This document shows positions 9,876 through 18,766 of a DNA stretch of 52,938 nt, piece after piece. The DNA is from an uncultured bacterium. Lineage in GTDB: Bacteria; Babelota; Babeliae; Babelales; RVW-14. The DNA lies in contig CAIKAH010000048.1 of NCBI GenBank assembly GCA_903825355.1, forward strand, positions 1-52,938, given 5' to 3'. The notes beneath the pieces are model-generated. The model made no database searches, was not told where the DNA came from, and saw nothing but the letters and a program-made list of their open reading frames with translations. Position numbers and translations under genes: made by a program. Position 1 is the first letter of the stretch. Each line of letters begins with the position of its first letter.

Positions 9876-10406
9876 TTAAAGAGAAAGTTGAGCAAATGCT
9901 TTTTTTAGATCGCTAAACACTTTGTTTAAATCATTAGAAATAAGTGCCGTTTCGCTGAGTACTTCTAAAAATGCCGTATCTCCTCGCCAGCGAGGTACGG
10001 TGTGCACGTGCAAGTGGCCGGGAATGCCCCCGCCACCGGCAGAACCGAGGTTAATGCCTACGTTAAAACCTTCGTTATACAACACTTTTTTGCTCACAAC
10101 CAAAGCATTGTTAATGGCCTCCATTATCTCACTGCGTACTAGTGGTGAAAGTTCATCAAGCCAGCCTTTATGTTCGTACGGCAGTACCATTAAATGGCCC
10201 GCGTTGTAGGGGTATAAATTCATCATGACAAAGCAGTGCTCATAGCGTTTTAAAATAAAATATTTGTCATCATCATTGGCAGCTACTTGTTTGCAAAATA
10301 CACAATCATCAGGCCCTGATGGTTTTGGGGTATTGGTGTTTATTTTTTTATTGTCACTTGCCTGTGTTACATAGGCATTGCGCCATGGTGCGTATAATTG
10401 TTTCAT
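9876..10406 (-). CDS. HIT family protein (FHIT / Ap4A phosphorylase-like)
   Basis: LYAPWR, CVFC, NLYPYNAGHLMV, GFNVGINLG and HLHVHTVPRW motifs. Confidence 0.92.
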   Translation of the reverse strand: MKQLYAPWRNAYVTQASDNKKINTNTPKPSGPDDCVFCKQVAANDDDKYFILKRYEHCFVMMNLYPYNAGHLMVLPYEHKGWLDELSPLVRSEIMEAINNALVVSKKVLYNEGFNVGINLGSAGGGGIPGHLHVHTVPRWRGDTAFLEVLSETALISNDLNKVFSDLKKAFAQLSL

Positions 10407-11992
10407 GCTAATCCAAATGTGTTGATAATGGTATGTTCAAATACGTCTGTTTGCATACCCCCAACGAGACGTTTTTGCTCTTTCCCCTCACGAATAAATA
10501 AAAATGAAGGTACGCTTTGCACGCTACGTGCTTGTAAGAATTTAAGTGTAGCATCAAATGCGCCGGTTGAGTTTTCTATATTTAATTTTAGAAACGCTAT
10601 TTTGCCCGCATATTTTTTTGCTAAAGCATCAACCACCGGAGCCATTTGTTGGCAAGGGCCACACCACGTTGCAAAGATATCGAGGACTACTGGCAAAGGG
10701 TTGTTGATAATGAATCGCTCAATGTCGGCAGGGGTGAGAATCTCATATACTTTCCCGCTCTTTATCGCCCCTTGGGCTTCGTCTTTCGACAGGCTCAGGA
10801 TGAGCGGTTTTGTTTGTTTTTTTGTATTAGATTCTTTATCTGATTGTGTGCTGGTGCGTGCTACTTGCTCCGCTCCTCCTGAGCTCGTCGAAGGACGAAG
10901 CGCGCTAGCGCGAGAAAGAGCGGATGTTGAAAATCCTATTCCCTTCAAAAAGCTTATTGTTTGTAATGCAGCCTTGCAGCCATCTCCAGCAGCTGTAATT
11001 GCTTGTACAAAGGTGCTATCACATACATCACCGGTGGCAAAAATACCGGGAACGCTGCTTTCTTGATGGTTGTGGAGGGTGATAAAGCCGCGTGGATCGA
11101 GGGCAAGTTGGTCTTTGAAGAGCATTGTATTTGGTTTTGAACCAATAGCTAAAAATACACCGTCAGTTGCAACTGCTTGATTATTATCAAGCAGCACGCT
11201 AGTGACGCCATCTTCGTTGCCATTAATCTGTTTTAGTTGCCTATTGTAGAGTACTTTTACATTCTTTCGTCTCAGTACTGCGTCACGCTGTTTAGTATCT
11301 TTTGCCCTGAAATTATCTTTGCGTACAATAATTACTACTTCATCTGCAATATCCGCTAAGTAGGCAGCTTCGGTAATTGCAGCGTCCCCGCCCCCAACGA
11401 TTACTACCCGTTTATGTTTGAAGAGAGCCCCGTCGCAGACAGCACAGTTGCTAACTCCCTTGCCCCAAAACGCATGCTCGCCAGGAATGCTAAGTAAATT
11501 GGGTTCGGTGCCGGTGGCAATAATCACACTTAGTGCTTTTAGGGTTTTTTTGATAGTTGGATCTTGTGTTGACACAGTATGAATGACACGCGGCCATTGC
11601 GAAAAATCAACGCTAGTAACCTGCTCTGTCGTAATAGAGGCTCCTGCTTGGAGTACCTGATTCTTGATGCTAGCTATAATGTCAGCCCCTGCTGCTTTTT
11701 CTACTCCTGGCCAATTTTGTACTGCATGTGATTGAGCCAGCGCGCCACCAGGCTTGCCCCCTTCAATAACCAGCGTAGGAATTTGTGCCTGTAGGCTATA
11801 CAAAGCGGCCGTTAGCCCTCCTACCCCTCCACCTAAAATAACAAGGGGATATGGATGGCTATTTGGGCTGATGGCGTTAAGTGAAAGACTTGCTGTGGTG
11901 TCAGAACGTGTGCATCCACCAGTGATGCACACGCTTATAACTGCTATAATAAATAAAAAATTTCTTGAAGTGATAACTTTTTGTATGAGCAT
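10403..11992 (-). CDS. trxB: Thioredoxin reductase-thioredoxin fusion with N-terminal signal/lipoprotein-like leader
   Basis: GGGVGG FAD motif, GVSNCAVCDG, GGGDAA, GDV...QAITAAGDG; C-terminal Trx domain with WCGPC. Start moved to ATG 11992 (GGAG upstream); leader FLFIIAVISVCITGGC. Confidence 0.93.
   Translation of the reverse strand: MLIQKVITSRNFLFIIAVISVCITGGCTRSDTTASLSLNAISPNSHPYPLVILGGGVGGLTAALYSLQAQIPTLVIEGGKPGGALAQSHAVQNWPGVEKAAGADIIASIKNQVLQAGASITTEQVTSVDFSQWPRVIHTVSTQDPTIKKTLKALSVIIATGTEPNLLSIPGEHAFWGKGVSNCAVCDGALFKHKRVVIVGGGDAAITEAAYLADIADEVVIIVRKDNFRAKDTKQRDAVLRRKNVKVLYNRQLKQINGNEDGVTSVLLDNNQAVATDGVFLAIGSKPNTMLFKDQLALDPRGFITLHNHQESSVPGIFATGDVCDSTFVQAITAAGDGCKAALQTISFLKGIGFSTSALSRASALRPSTSSGGAEQVARTSTQSDKESNTKKQTKPLILSLSKDEAQGAIKSGKVYEILTPADIERFIINNPLPVVLDIFATWCGPCQQMAPVVDALAKKYAGKIAFLKLNIENSTGAFDATLKFLQARSVQSVPSFLFIREGKEQKRLVGGMQTDVFEHTIINTFGLA
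10755..10923. repeat. Inverted pair of REP-like palindromic units lying in frame within the TrxB-Trx linker
   Basis: Unit 10755-10807 and inverted unit 10870-10923. Inner arms 10776-10807/10870-10901 match 28/32 and outer arms 10755-10768/10910-10923 match 13/14 by manual alignment. Confidence 0.88.
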
Positions 11993-12061
11993 GATTTTCT
12001 CCGTTAAAAGAACATGCTCTAGAATACAAAGGCTATATTTCAAAAGCAAAACTTATCTATT

Positions 12062-12607
12062 TTAAGCCAATCCGCCGATATCTTGGACGCTGTCGCTTTC
12101 CTCGCTGTCATCTTCCTGTACTTTTTGTCGGGGCGCTTTTTTTGATGGTTGTTCAGTTCCATCATCTTCATTCATGGTTATTGCTGAAGATTCTCGTTTA
12201 CCATTCCGTTTTGATGATAGCTTTTTTAGGTCTCTTTCTAGCTTTTCTACCTTGCGGGTACTTTTTTCAAGTTTACTTTGCAAGCTTGAAATTTGTTCTT
12301 CAAAGCCCTTTTGTTTATCCCTAAGCGTGCGTAGGTCATTAGCAAAAGCACGTTTTGTTTCACTTATCTGGTCACGTAAATCATCTACGCGGTCAGCAAG
12401 TCGGTCGATACTGCGTCCGCTTCCGCTATCACCTCCACCGCTTCTGTTACCACTATTAGCGATAGAACTGCCAAGAACACTCCCCATTAGAGACCCTCCT
12501 AGGGAGCCAGCGAATGCATCGCCACCACGACCAAACAACGGCGCTGTTGCGTAGCCAAGGAATAGTAGGGCTGTGGCAATTAATGTTTGGTTTTTAAGTG
12601 AAATCAT
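12062..12607 (-). CDS. Secreted glycine-zipper + coiled-coil protein
   Basis: Signal peptide; RGGDAFAGSLGGSLMGSVLG; heptad-rich helix; charged disordered tail. Confidence 0.8.
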   Translation of the reverse strand: MISLKNQTLIATALLFLGYATAPLFGRGGDAFAGSLGGSLMGSVLGSSIANSGNRSGGGDSGSGRSIDRLADRVDDLRDQISETKRAFANDLRTLRDKQKGFEEQISSLQSKLEKSTRKVEKLERDLKKLSSKRNGKRESSAITMNEDDGTEQPSKKAPRQKVQEDDSEESDSVQDIGGLA

Positions 12608-12616
12608 ACTATCTCC

Positions 12617-12985
12617 TTATGGTTTTTTGCGTAAAATTAAAATTCCCAAAGCCATAACGCCAAACAGTAGCACAATAACAAGTGCTACCAGTGCCATGAA
12701 AAGAGTGCTCTGTCCCTGTCCTTGTTGAGCCTGTGCAATTTTGCGATCTATCTCCCGTCGATCCATCTCTCGCTCAAGCTGGTTAACACGTTGTCGTTCT
12801 TGTTCGATGCGTATTTGATCAGCATCAGTACTTGCTTTGCTGTGAGAACTTCCCCCGATAATCGCGCTTCCCACCATACTTCCTACAAGTGATCCAGCAA
12901 AAGCCCCTCCCTCGCCGCGTGCTAATACAACCTGCTGTACGATTACAATCAATAAAAGTGAACATAAAATACAACGATAATTCAT
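12617..12985 (-). CDS. Glycine-zipper protein with short coiled coil and C-terminal TM anchor
   Basis: Signal peptide; RGEGGAFAGSLVGSMVGSAIIG; C-terminal hydrophobic helix ending RKKP. Confidence 0.8.
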   Translation of the reverse strand: MNYRCILCSLLLIVIVQQVVLARGEGGAFAGSLVGSMVGSAIIGGSSHSKASTDADQIRIEQERQRVNQLEREMDRREIDRKIAQAQQGQGQSTLFMALVALVIVLLFGVMALGILILRKKP

Positions 12986-13128
12986 GCATTTCCCCCCAGA
13001 AAAACATTAACGTCTGTGTTTAAAGCGATACACTACTCATAGTGTAGTCTTAGATTACTGATAGCGGCTAAATACAGTCAATATATTGGCCAGGACAGCT
13101 AAAACAGCGCGCCCGGAAAGGATCGCTC

Positions 13129-14400
13129 ATGAATCATATGTTTAAGCTTTTACACGATGAGCTAGTACGGCAAGAATCGTGCATTAGTCTGATTGCCTCG
13201 GAAAATTATACGAGCTCGGCTATTTTGGCGGCAACAGGAAGCGTGCTTACTAATAAATACGCCGAGGGGTACCCAGGCAAACGTTATTATGGCGGGTGTG
13301 GGGTTGTTGATAAAGTCGAGCTTTATGCCATGGAGCTTGGTAGAAAATTATTTAAGTGCGATCATATTAACCTCCAGCCACATGCGGGTGCAAGCGCTAA
13401 TTTTGCGGTGTTTTTAGCACTTCTTAAACCAGGGGACACCGTGCTAGCCATGAATCTTGCTGCTGGGGGGCATTTGACACATGGACATAAAGTTAATTTT
13501 TCGGGCAAGCTCTACCATTTTGTGCACTATGGCGTTAATCAACAGACCCAGCAGTTGGATTATGATGAAATAGAGCGCTTAGCAAAAGAATGTCAGCCAA
13601 AATTATTGATTGCTGGTGCTTCTGCGTACAGTCGTTTAATGGATTACGAGCGCTTGGCAGCAATAGCAAAAAGCGTTGGGGCTTATTTTATGGTTGATAT
13701 GGCGCACATTGCAGGGCTGGTAGCGGCTGATTTAATTCCCAGCCCAGTGCCGCATGCCGATGTAGTGACGAGCACGACACACAAAACATTGCGAGGTCCA
13801 CGGGGGGGGATGATTTTATGTACAGCGCCATTGGCTGCACTTATTGATAAAGCAGTGATGCCTGGTAGTCAGGGAGGCCCATTAATGCATGTGGTAGCAG
13901 CAAAGGGGGTCGCATTTGAAGAAGCACTTGAGCCGGCATTTAAAGCTTACAGCCAACAAGTTATTGACAATGCAGCACATATGGCTAGAGCTTTTAATGA
14001 CCTAGGCTACAGTTTGGTAGCAGGTGGCACCGATACGCATTTAATGCTTATTGATTTACGCCACACCCCACACGGGCCACTGCACGGCAATGAAATTGAA
14101 GTATTGCTTGAATCGTGCAACATCATTGTTAACCGCAATGCTATTCCGTTTGACCTATTGCCACCAACAGTGACAAGCGGCATTCGTCTGGGAACACCCG
14201 CTATGACTGCACGAGGTATGCAGCTGGATCAAGCTGAGCAGCTGGTACAGTTGATTGATACTGCTATTAAAAATCGCACAACCCCGAGTGCGCTGGAGTC
14301 TATTCGCATGGCAGTTGCTGCGTTGTGTAAACAATTTCCGGTTTATAAAAATAAGCAGGCCATGGCTACGGCTTATGATTCTAGGGAGCGTTCTTTATGA
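13129..14400 (+). CDS. glyA: Serine hydroxymethyltransferase
   Basis: LIASEN, NKYAEGYPGKRYYGGC, GGHLTHG, TSTTHKTLRGPRGG and SGIRLGTPA motifs. Confidence 0.97.
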   Translation: MNHMFKLLHDELVRQESCISLIASENYTSSAILAATGSVLTNKYAEGYPGKRYYGGCGVVDKVELYAMELGRKLFKCDHINLQPHAGASANFAVFLALLKPGDTVLAMNLAAGGHLTHGHKVNFSGKLYHFVHYGVNQQTQQLDYDEIERLAKECQPKLLIAGASAYSRLMDYERLAAIAKSVGAYFMVDMAHIAGLVAADLIPSPVPHADVVTSTTHKTLRGPRGGMILCTAPLAALIDKAVMPGSQGGPLMHVVAAKGVAFEEALEPAFKAYSQQVIDNAAHMARAFNDLGYSLVAGGTDTHLMLIDLRHTPHGPLHGNEIEVLLESCNIIVNRNAIPFDLLPPTVTSGIRLGTPAMTARGMQLDQAEQLVQLIDTAIKNRTTPSALESIRMAVAALCKQFPVYKNKQAMATAYDSRERSL

Positions 14401-14729
14401 TTTCTTATGCAGATTTTGAAAAAGTGGATATTCGGGTAGGGACCATTATAGCAGCTGAAGTGTTTCCTGAGGCAAAAAAGCCGGCGTATAAACTCATCAT
14501 AGATTTTGGTTCAGAAGTAGGGGCGAAGCGATCGTCAGCTCAGATTACCAAGCATTATATGCCCGCCCAGCTGGTTGGCAAGCAAGTGCTTGCTGTGGTT
14601 AATTTTCCTCCACGCCAAATTGGCCCTTTTATGTCTGAAGTACTTACACTTGCTTTACCTGACGGTGCTGACGGGGTGGTGCTGCTTGCCCCTGATCAAA
14701 AAGTTCCTAATGGCGGCAAGATGTTCTAG
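14397..14729 (+). CDS. csaA: CsaA tRNA-binding / export-related chaperone
   Basis: DFEKVDIRVGTI, SSAQIT and VNFPPRQIGPFMSEVLTL motifs; 110 aa. Confidence 0.92.
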   Translation: MISYADFEKVDIRVGTIIAAEVFPEAKKPAYKLIIDFGSEVGAKRSSAQITKHYMPAQLVGKQVLAVVNFPPRQIGPFMSEVLTLALPDGADGVVLLAPDQKVPNGGKMF

Positions 14730-14817
14730 TTGCGCCTAATTACTTGTTCTAGATCAGGTCATTATGATAACCTGCGGGTATTGTAGTGATCTGGTCATGT
14801 CTTTAAGGGGAAAAGCT

Positions 14818-15036
14818 ATGCAAAACAACAACTCAACCGCGCGATTAGTTAAAGGATTTTTGGCAACTGTTATTGGTGCTATGCTCATCATAGCGAGCTA
14901 TAAAATCATTCTAAAAATGCTGCTGTTCTTTGGCGGGGTTGTTCTTCTGCGCCGTGGGCTGGTAATGCTCAACAGCGCAGAATTTGAACGTATTATCGAT
15001 GGGGTTAAGGGAATTTTCAATAGAATTTTTTCTTAA
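14818..15036 (+). CDS. Small two-helix membrane protein, unknown function
   Basis: ATG 14818 preceded by AAGGGG; hydrophobic 72-aa ORF filling the gap after csaA. Confidence 0.65.
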   Translation: MQNNNSTARLVKGFLATVIGAMLIIASYKIILKMLLFFGGVVLLRRGLVMLNSAEFERIIDGVKGIFNRIFS

Positions 15037-16581
15037 TCAAAAAGAATCTTCATCTATGGTATTGTTTGTAAAATTAACTTTAGCGCCGTAAACATCCTGA
15101 CGACGTGCTTGTGCAGGGATCTTGCATATAGGGCATTTTCTTTGCAACGGCAAGCAAGTATTTAAACAACCACGACAAAAAATATGCTCACAGTTTTTGA
15201 TGACGCCTATCCGAACGTCATCCGCAAACTCTTCAAAACAGATGCCGCATAGATCGACAGGATTCCGTTGAGCAGAAGAAGACTGAACGGCGTGGCGGGC
15301 GGCGCTTGCAATACTGATGGGCGCTGGTGGATAGTTTGATTTTATGGTATTAAACCAGAAATCATATTCAGGAGTGCCACTAGCAAACTTACAGGTGGAT
15401 GTACCAAAATAATCTTCCTTGAAATAACGACCATTCAGACCATAGCGCTGATTGTTAAACTGTTCATAAGGATCATAGTCCCAATGAGGAGTAGTATAAG
15501 TCCAGCCAGTAGTGCTTCCATACGAAGTCTCGTGAGGTTGAGCGGTTGGTTCGATGGTATTAAACCAGAAATCATACTCTGGGGTGCCAGGAGCAAATTT
15601 ACAGGTGTATCGGCCAAAATACTCTTTTTCAGTTTGGTGGCGGCCAGTGCTATAGCGTTGTGCAGTGTACCGTTCGTATGGATCATAGTCCCATTTTGCT
15701 GTGCTAAATGTCCATCCTGCTGTTCCACGCCAATAGGATGTTCTATGAGGCTTTGGAATATGAATAGTGCTTGGTAAGCTGTCGAAATCAGCAAAGCCAA
15801 GTTTTAAGCCAGAATACAGTGCTTGTAGCCCTAAGAGGATGCGGTACATATTCTTCTGCGCTTGGGCCTCAGGTTTATCTGCGGCAGTGGTATAATTGCG
15901 CAGTAATCGCAGCAAAGACATTATAGAACGCGCTCCAAAATTCAGCTTGCGCGGGAATTCATTGGCGTATCCGGCATCACCATGAACTACGCTGCTGAAT
16001 ATACCGCAAACTCCTTCAGCAGCAGCTGAGGCGCGTATTGTTGCTGGCGTTGTCCCAGGTTCTTCAGTGTTTGTAGGAGCGGTAGATGCCTCGCGAGACA
16101 GTTCTTGTTGTGGCTTGCACAGGGCTGCAATATGTTTGCAAAATTGTACCGTGTCTACCCCGGCCCAGATTAAATCAATAGAATGTTCATCTTGTGGGTG
16201 AGATAAAATGTAGCAAAGCTCTTCAATGCAACGAATAAGCGAAATCAGAGCCTTTTTTGCTTCGGCGGGCCTTGAGAAATCATCGCGTAAGCGGTGTTCA
16301 AGCGGTACTAAAGCGGCGCGCAATAATGTGGTTACAAGACCAGTAGCAGCAATCCATTTTGTACTACTTTCTTGAAAGATATATGGGTTTTGCGATTGGT
16401 ATACACAATAGTTATTTTGGCAGGTATGACTTATTTCAACTGGCGTTAATTTTATGCCGCCGTCATGCCATACAAAGCGTGCATTGCCAAACTTGAAAAG
16501 GGTATTTTTGCTATAAGCAGGAGAGTTGTTACTCACTAAGATGATAGAGAGGGCAACAAAAATGCGATGTAAATGTTTCAT
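15037..16581 (-). CDS. Secreted modular protein A: shared N-domain + 2 W/Y/D modules + C3HC4 RING finger (candidate E3 ligase effector)
   Basis: Signal peptide from MKHLHRIF (alternative ATG 16590); RING CGIC-x15-CEH-x2-CRGC-x10-CPIC at 15124-15249. Confidence 0.9.
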   Translation of the reverse strand: MKHLHRIFVALSIILVSNNSPAYSKNTLFKFGNARFVWHDGGIKLTPVEISHTCQNNYCVYQSQNPYIFQESSTKWIAATGLVTTLLRAALVPLEHRLRDDFSRPAEAKKALISLIRCIEELCYILSHPQDEHSIDLIWAGVDTVQFCKHIAALCKPQQELSREASTAPTNTEEPGTTPATIRASAAAEGVCGIFSSVVHGDAGYANEFPRKLNFGARSIMSLLRLLRNYTTAADKPEAQAQKNMYRILLGLQALYSGLKLGFADFDSLPSTIHIPKPHRTSYWRGTAGWTFSTAKWDYDPYERYTAQRYSTGRHQTEKEYFGRYTCKFAPGTPEYDFWFNTIEPTAQPHETSYGSTTGWTYTTPHWDYDPYEQFNNQRYGLNGRYFKEDYFGTSTCKFASGTPEYDFWFNTIKSNYPPAPISIASAARHAVQSSSAQRNPVDLCGICFEEFADDVRIGVIKNCEHIFCRGCLNTCLPLQRKCPICKIPAQARRQDVYGAKVNFTNNTIDEDSF

Positions 16582-18635
16582 GCAGCTCATTTTTTGTCTT
16601 TTGGTTAGGGGGTATCAGATAAGATCTTATTTGCTTGATTGATGACCTTGAATTTTTCAGGATCTCCACCTTTATCAGGGTGATGTTCTTTTGAAAGCTG
16701 CAAATAGGCTTTGCGAATGTCACGTTCAGTAGCGGAGCTAGAAAGGCCAAGATTCTGGAGAGCGTATCCTCTTGCCTTGCTTGGTTCCTTGTCTACTACA
16801 TCGGTTGGAATCATCATACCGACTTTCCACGTTGGTGCAGGAGCCGGAGGGGGGTTGTATCTTGATTGATTGCCGCTTCCGCTCGTATTACCGCCAAAGA
16901 AATTTCTGAAAAAGTTTTCAGAATAATCATCAGGATTTGGCTGGCTGTAGGTGTTAGACTGTGGTCTACTACTTGTAGTATATTTTGGTCTTTCTACATT
17001 ATACCAAAAATCGTATTCAGGCGTTCCTTTAGCGAAATTACAGAATCTCGTGCCAAAGAAATCCGCTCTTGTTTTAGGACTTTTCATGTAAGCATCATAG
17101 GGGTCATGATCCCAATGCGGACAACTAAACGTCCAGCCTGTTGTGCTGCCGTGTCGCGTTTTATGCGGTTCAGTGGGTCTAGGCGGTACTGTAGAGGGCC
17201 GAGATGGCTTATGAGCTCCACAGCATGGACACTGAGAAATCGTGAACCATGTAACCCCACAGCGACATTTCCATTCACTTGCAGAAGAATTTGCGCCGGG
17301 GGCTGAAGGGCCTGATGTTGATCTTGGTGGTGGAGTGTAAGACGTATTTGGTACTGAATATGCGCAACCAAACCCATCACAGAATATATGGGACACTGGA
17401 TTTGCAAACCTAGAACCTGAATTCCGATGGCCACAGCTCGGACAAGTCCAGTCTCGAGGGGTTCGTTTTTGCTCTGCATTAGGTGCAGCTGTTGGATAGT
17501 TTGGTCTTATGGTATTGTACCAGAAGTCATATTCGGGAGTGCCGCTAGCAAAGTTACAAGTATGTTTACCAAAATAATCTTCCTTGAAATAACGACCATT
17601 CAGACCATAGCGTTGATTGTTAAACTGTTCATAAGGATCATAGTCCCAATGAGGAGTAGTATAAGTCCAGCCAGTAGTGCTTCCATACGAAGTCTCGTGA
17701 GGTTGAGCGGTTGGTTTGATGGTATTGTACCAGAAATCATACTCGGGGGTACCATGAGTGAATTTGCAAGTATAGCCACCAAAATACTCTTTTTCAGTTT
17801 GGTAGCGGCCAGAATTATAACGTTGTGCAACGTATCGATCATATGGATCATGATCCCATGTTGCGGCACTAAATGTCCATCCTGCCGTTCCACGCCAATA
17901 GGATGTTCTATGAGGATTTGGAATATGAATAGTGCTTGGTAAGCTGTCGAAATCAGCAAAGCCAAGTTTTAAGCCAGAATACAGTACTTGTAGTCCTAAG
18001 AGGATGCTGTACATATTCTTCTGTGCTTGCTGTTCTGGTTTGGCTGCCGCAGTAGAATAGTTTCGCAATAATCGTAAGAGCGACATAATAGAGCGTGCGC
18101 CAAAATTCAACTTACGCGGGAATTTGTTGGCGTATTTATCATCGCGGTGAACTAAGCTGCTGAATATACCGCAAGCACCTTCGGCAGCAGCTGAGGCGCG
18201 TATTGTTGCTGGCGTTGCCTCAGGTTCTTCAGTGTTTGTAGGAGCGTTAACTGCCTCTGTTGACAGTTCTTGTTGTGGCTTGCACAGCGCTGCAATATGT
18301 TTGCAAAATTGTACAGCGTCTACTCCGGCCCAGATTAAATCAATAGAATGTTCATCCTGTGGGTGAGATAAAATGTAACAGAGCTCTTCAATGCAGCGAA
18401 TAAGCGAAATAATCGCTTTTTTTGCTTCGGCGGGCTTTGAAGTGTCATCACGCAAACGGTGTTCAAGTGGTACCAAGGCAGCGCGCAATAATGTGGTTAC
18501 AAAACCAGTAGCAGCAATCCATGTTGTAGTACTTTCTTCAAAGATATACGGGTCTTCCCAATAGTATTGACAGTTATTTTCGCAGGTATGACTTTTTTCA
18601 ACTGGTGTTACTTTTATCCCCCCGTCATGCCATGC
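15330..18635. repeat. ~1.15-kb direct duplication (about 15330-16470 and 17495-18635), constant offset 2165 bp
   Basis: Anchors 15346/17511, 15537/17702, 15750/17915 and 16201/18366 all differ by 2165. Confidence 0.92.
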
Positions 18636-18743
18636 GACTCGTGCGTTGCCAATGGTAAAAAGGGTATTGGCGCTCAAGGTAGCGGGAAAGCTACTTGTTA
18701 ATAAAAGAGAGAAAATAATAAGAATATGCTTTAAGTGCTTCAT
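16605..18743 (-). CDS. Secreted modular protein B: shared N-domain + 3 modules + two RanBP2-like zinc fingers + C-terminal J-domain
   Basis: Signal peptide; WTCPSCGHRN...C-x4-C and WKCRC...CPCCGAHKP; LGL...DIRKAYLQLSKEHHPDKGG...FKVINQANKIL. Confidence 0.9.
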   Translation of the reverse strand: MKHLKHILIIFSLLLTSSFPATLSANTLFTIGNARVAWHDGGIKVTPVEKSHTCENNCQYYWEDPYIFEESTTTWIAATGFVTTLLRAALVPLEHRLRDDTSKPAEAKKAIISLIRCIEELCYILSHPQDEHSIDLIWAGVDAVQFCKHIAALCKPQQELSTEAVNAPTNTEEPEATPATIRASAAAEGACGIFSSLVHRDDKYANKFPRKLNFGARSIMSLLRLLRNYSTAAAKPEQQAQKNMYSILLGLQVLYSGLKLGFADFDSLPSTIHIPNPHRTSYWRGTAGWTFSAATWDHDPYDRYVAQRYNSGRYQTEKEYFGGYTCKFTHGTPEYDFWYNTIKPTAQPHETSYGSTTGWTYTTPHWDYDPYEQFNNQRYGLNGRYFKEDYFGKHTCNFASGTPEYDFWYNTIRPNYPTAAPNAEQKRTPRDWTCPSCGHRNSGSRFANPVSHIFCDGFGCAYSVPNTSYTPPPRSTSGPSAPGANSSASEWKCRCGVTWFTISQCPCCGAHKPSRPSTVPPRPTEPHKTRHGSTTGWTFSCPHWDHDPYDAYMKSPKTRADFFGTRFCNFAKGTPEYDFWYNVERPKYTTSSRPQSNTYSQPNPDDYSENFFRNFFGGNTSGSGNQSRYNPPPAPAPTWKVGMMIPTDVVDKEPSKARGYALQNLGLSSSATERDIRKAYLQLSKEHHPDKGGDPEKFKVINQANKILSDTP

Positions 18744-18766
18744 GGTGATATTTTGTTAGTTCGCGC

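Noticed and set aside
15330-18635. Diversity-generating retroelement (TR/VR pair)
   Set aside because: Differences between copies are not adenine-specific (many C/T third-position changes), both copies are coding, and no reverse transcriptase is in the window.
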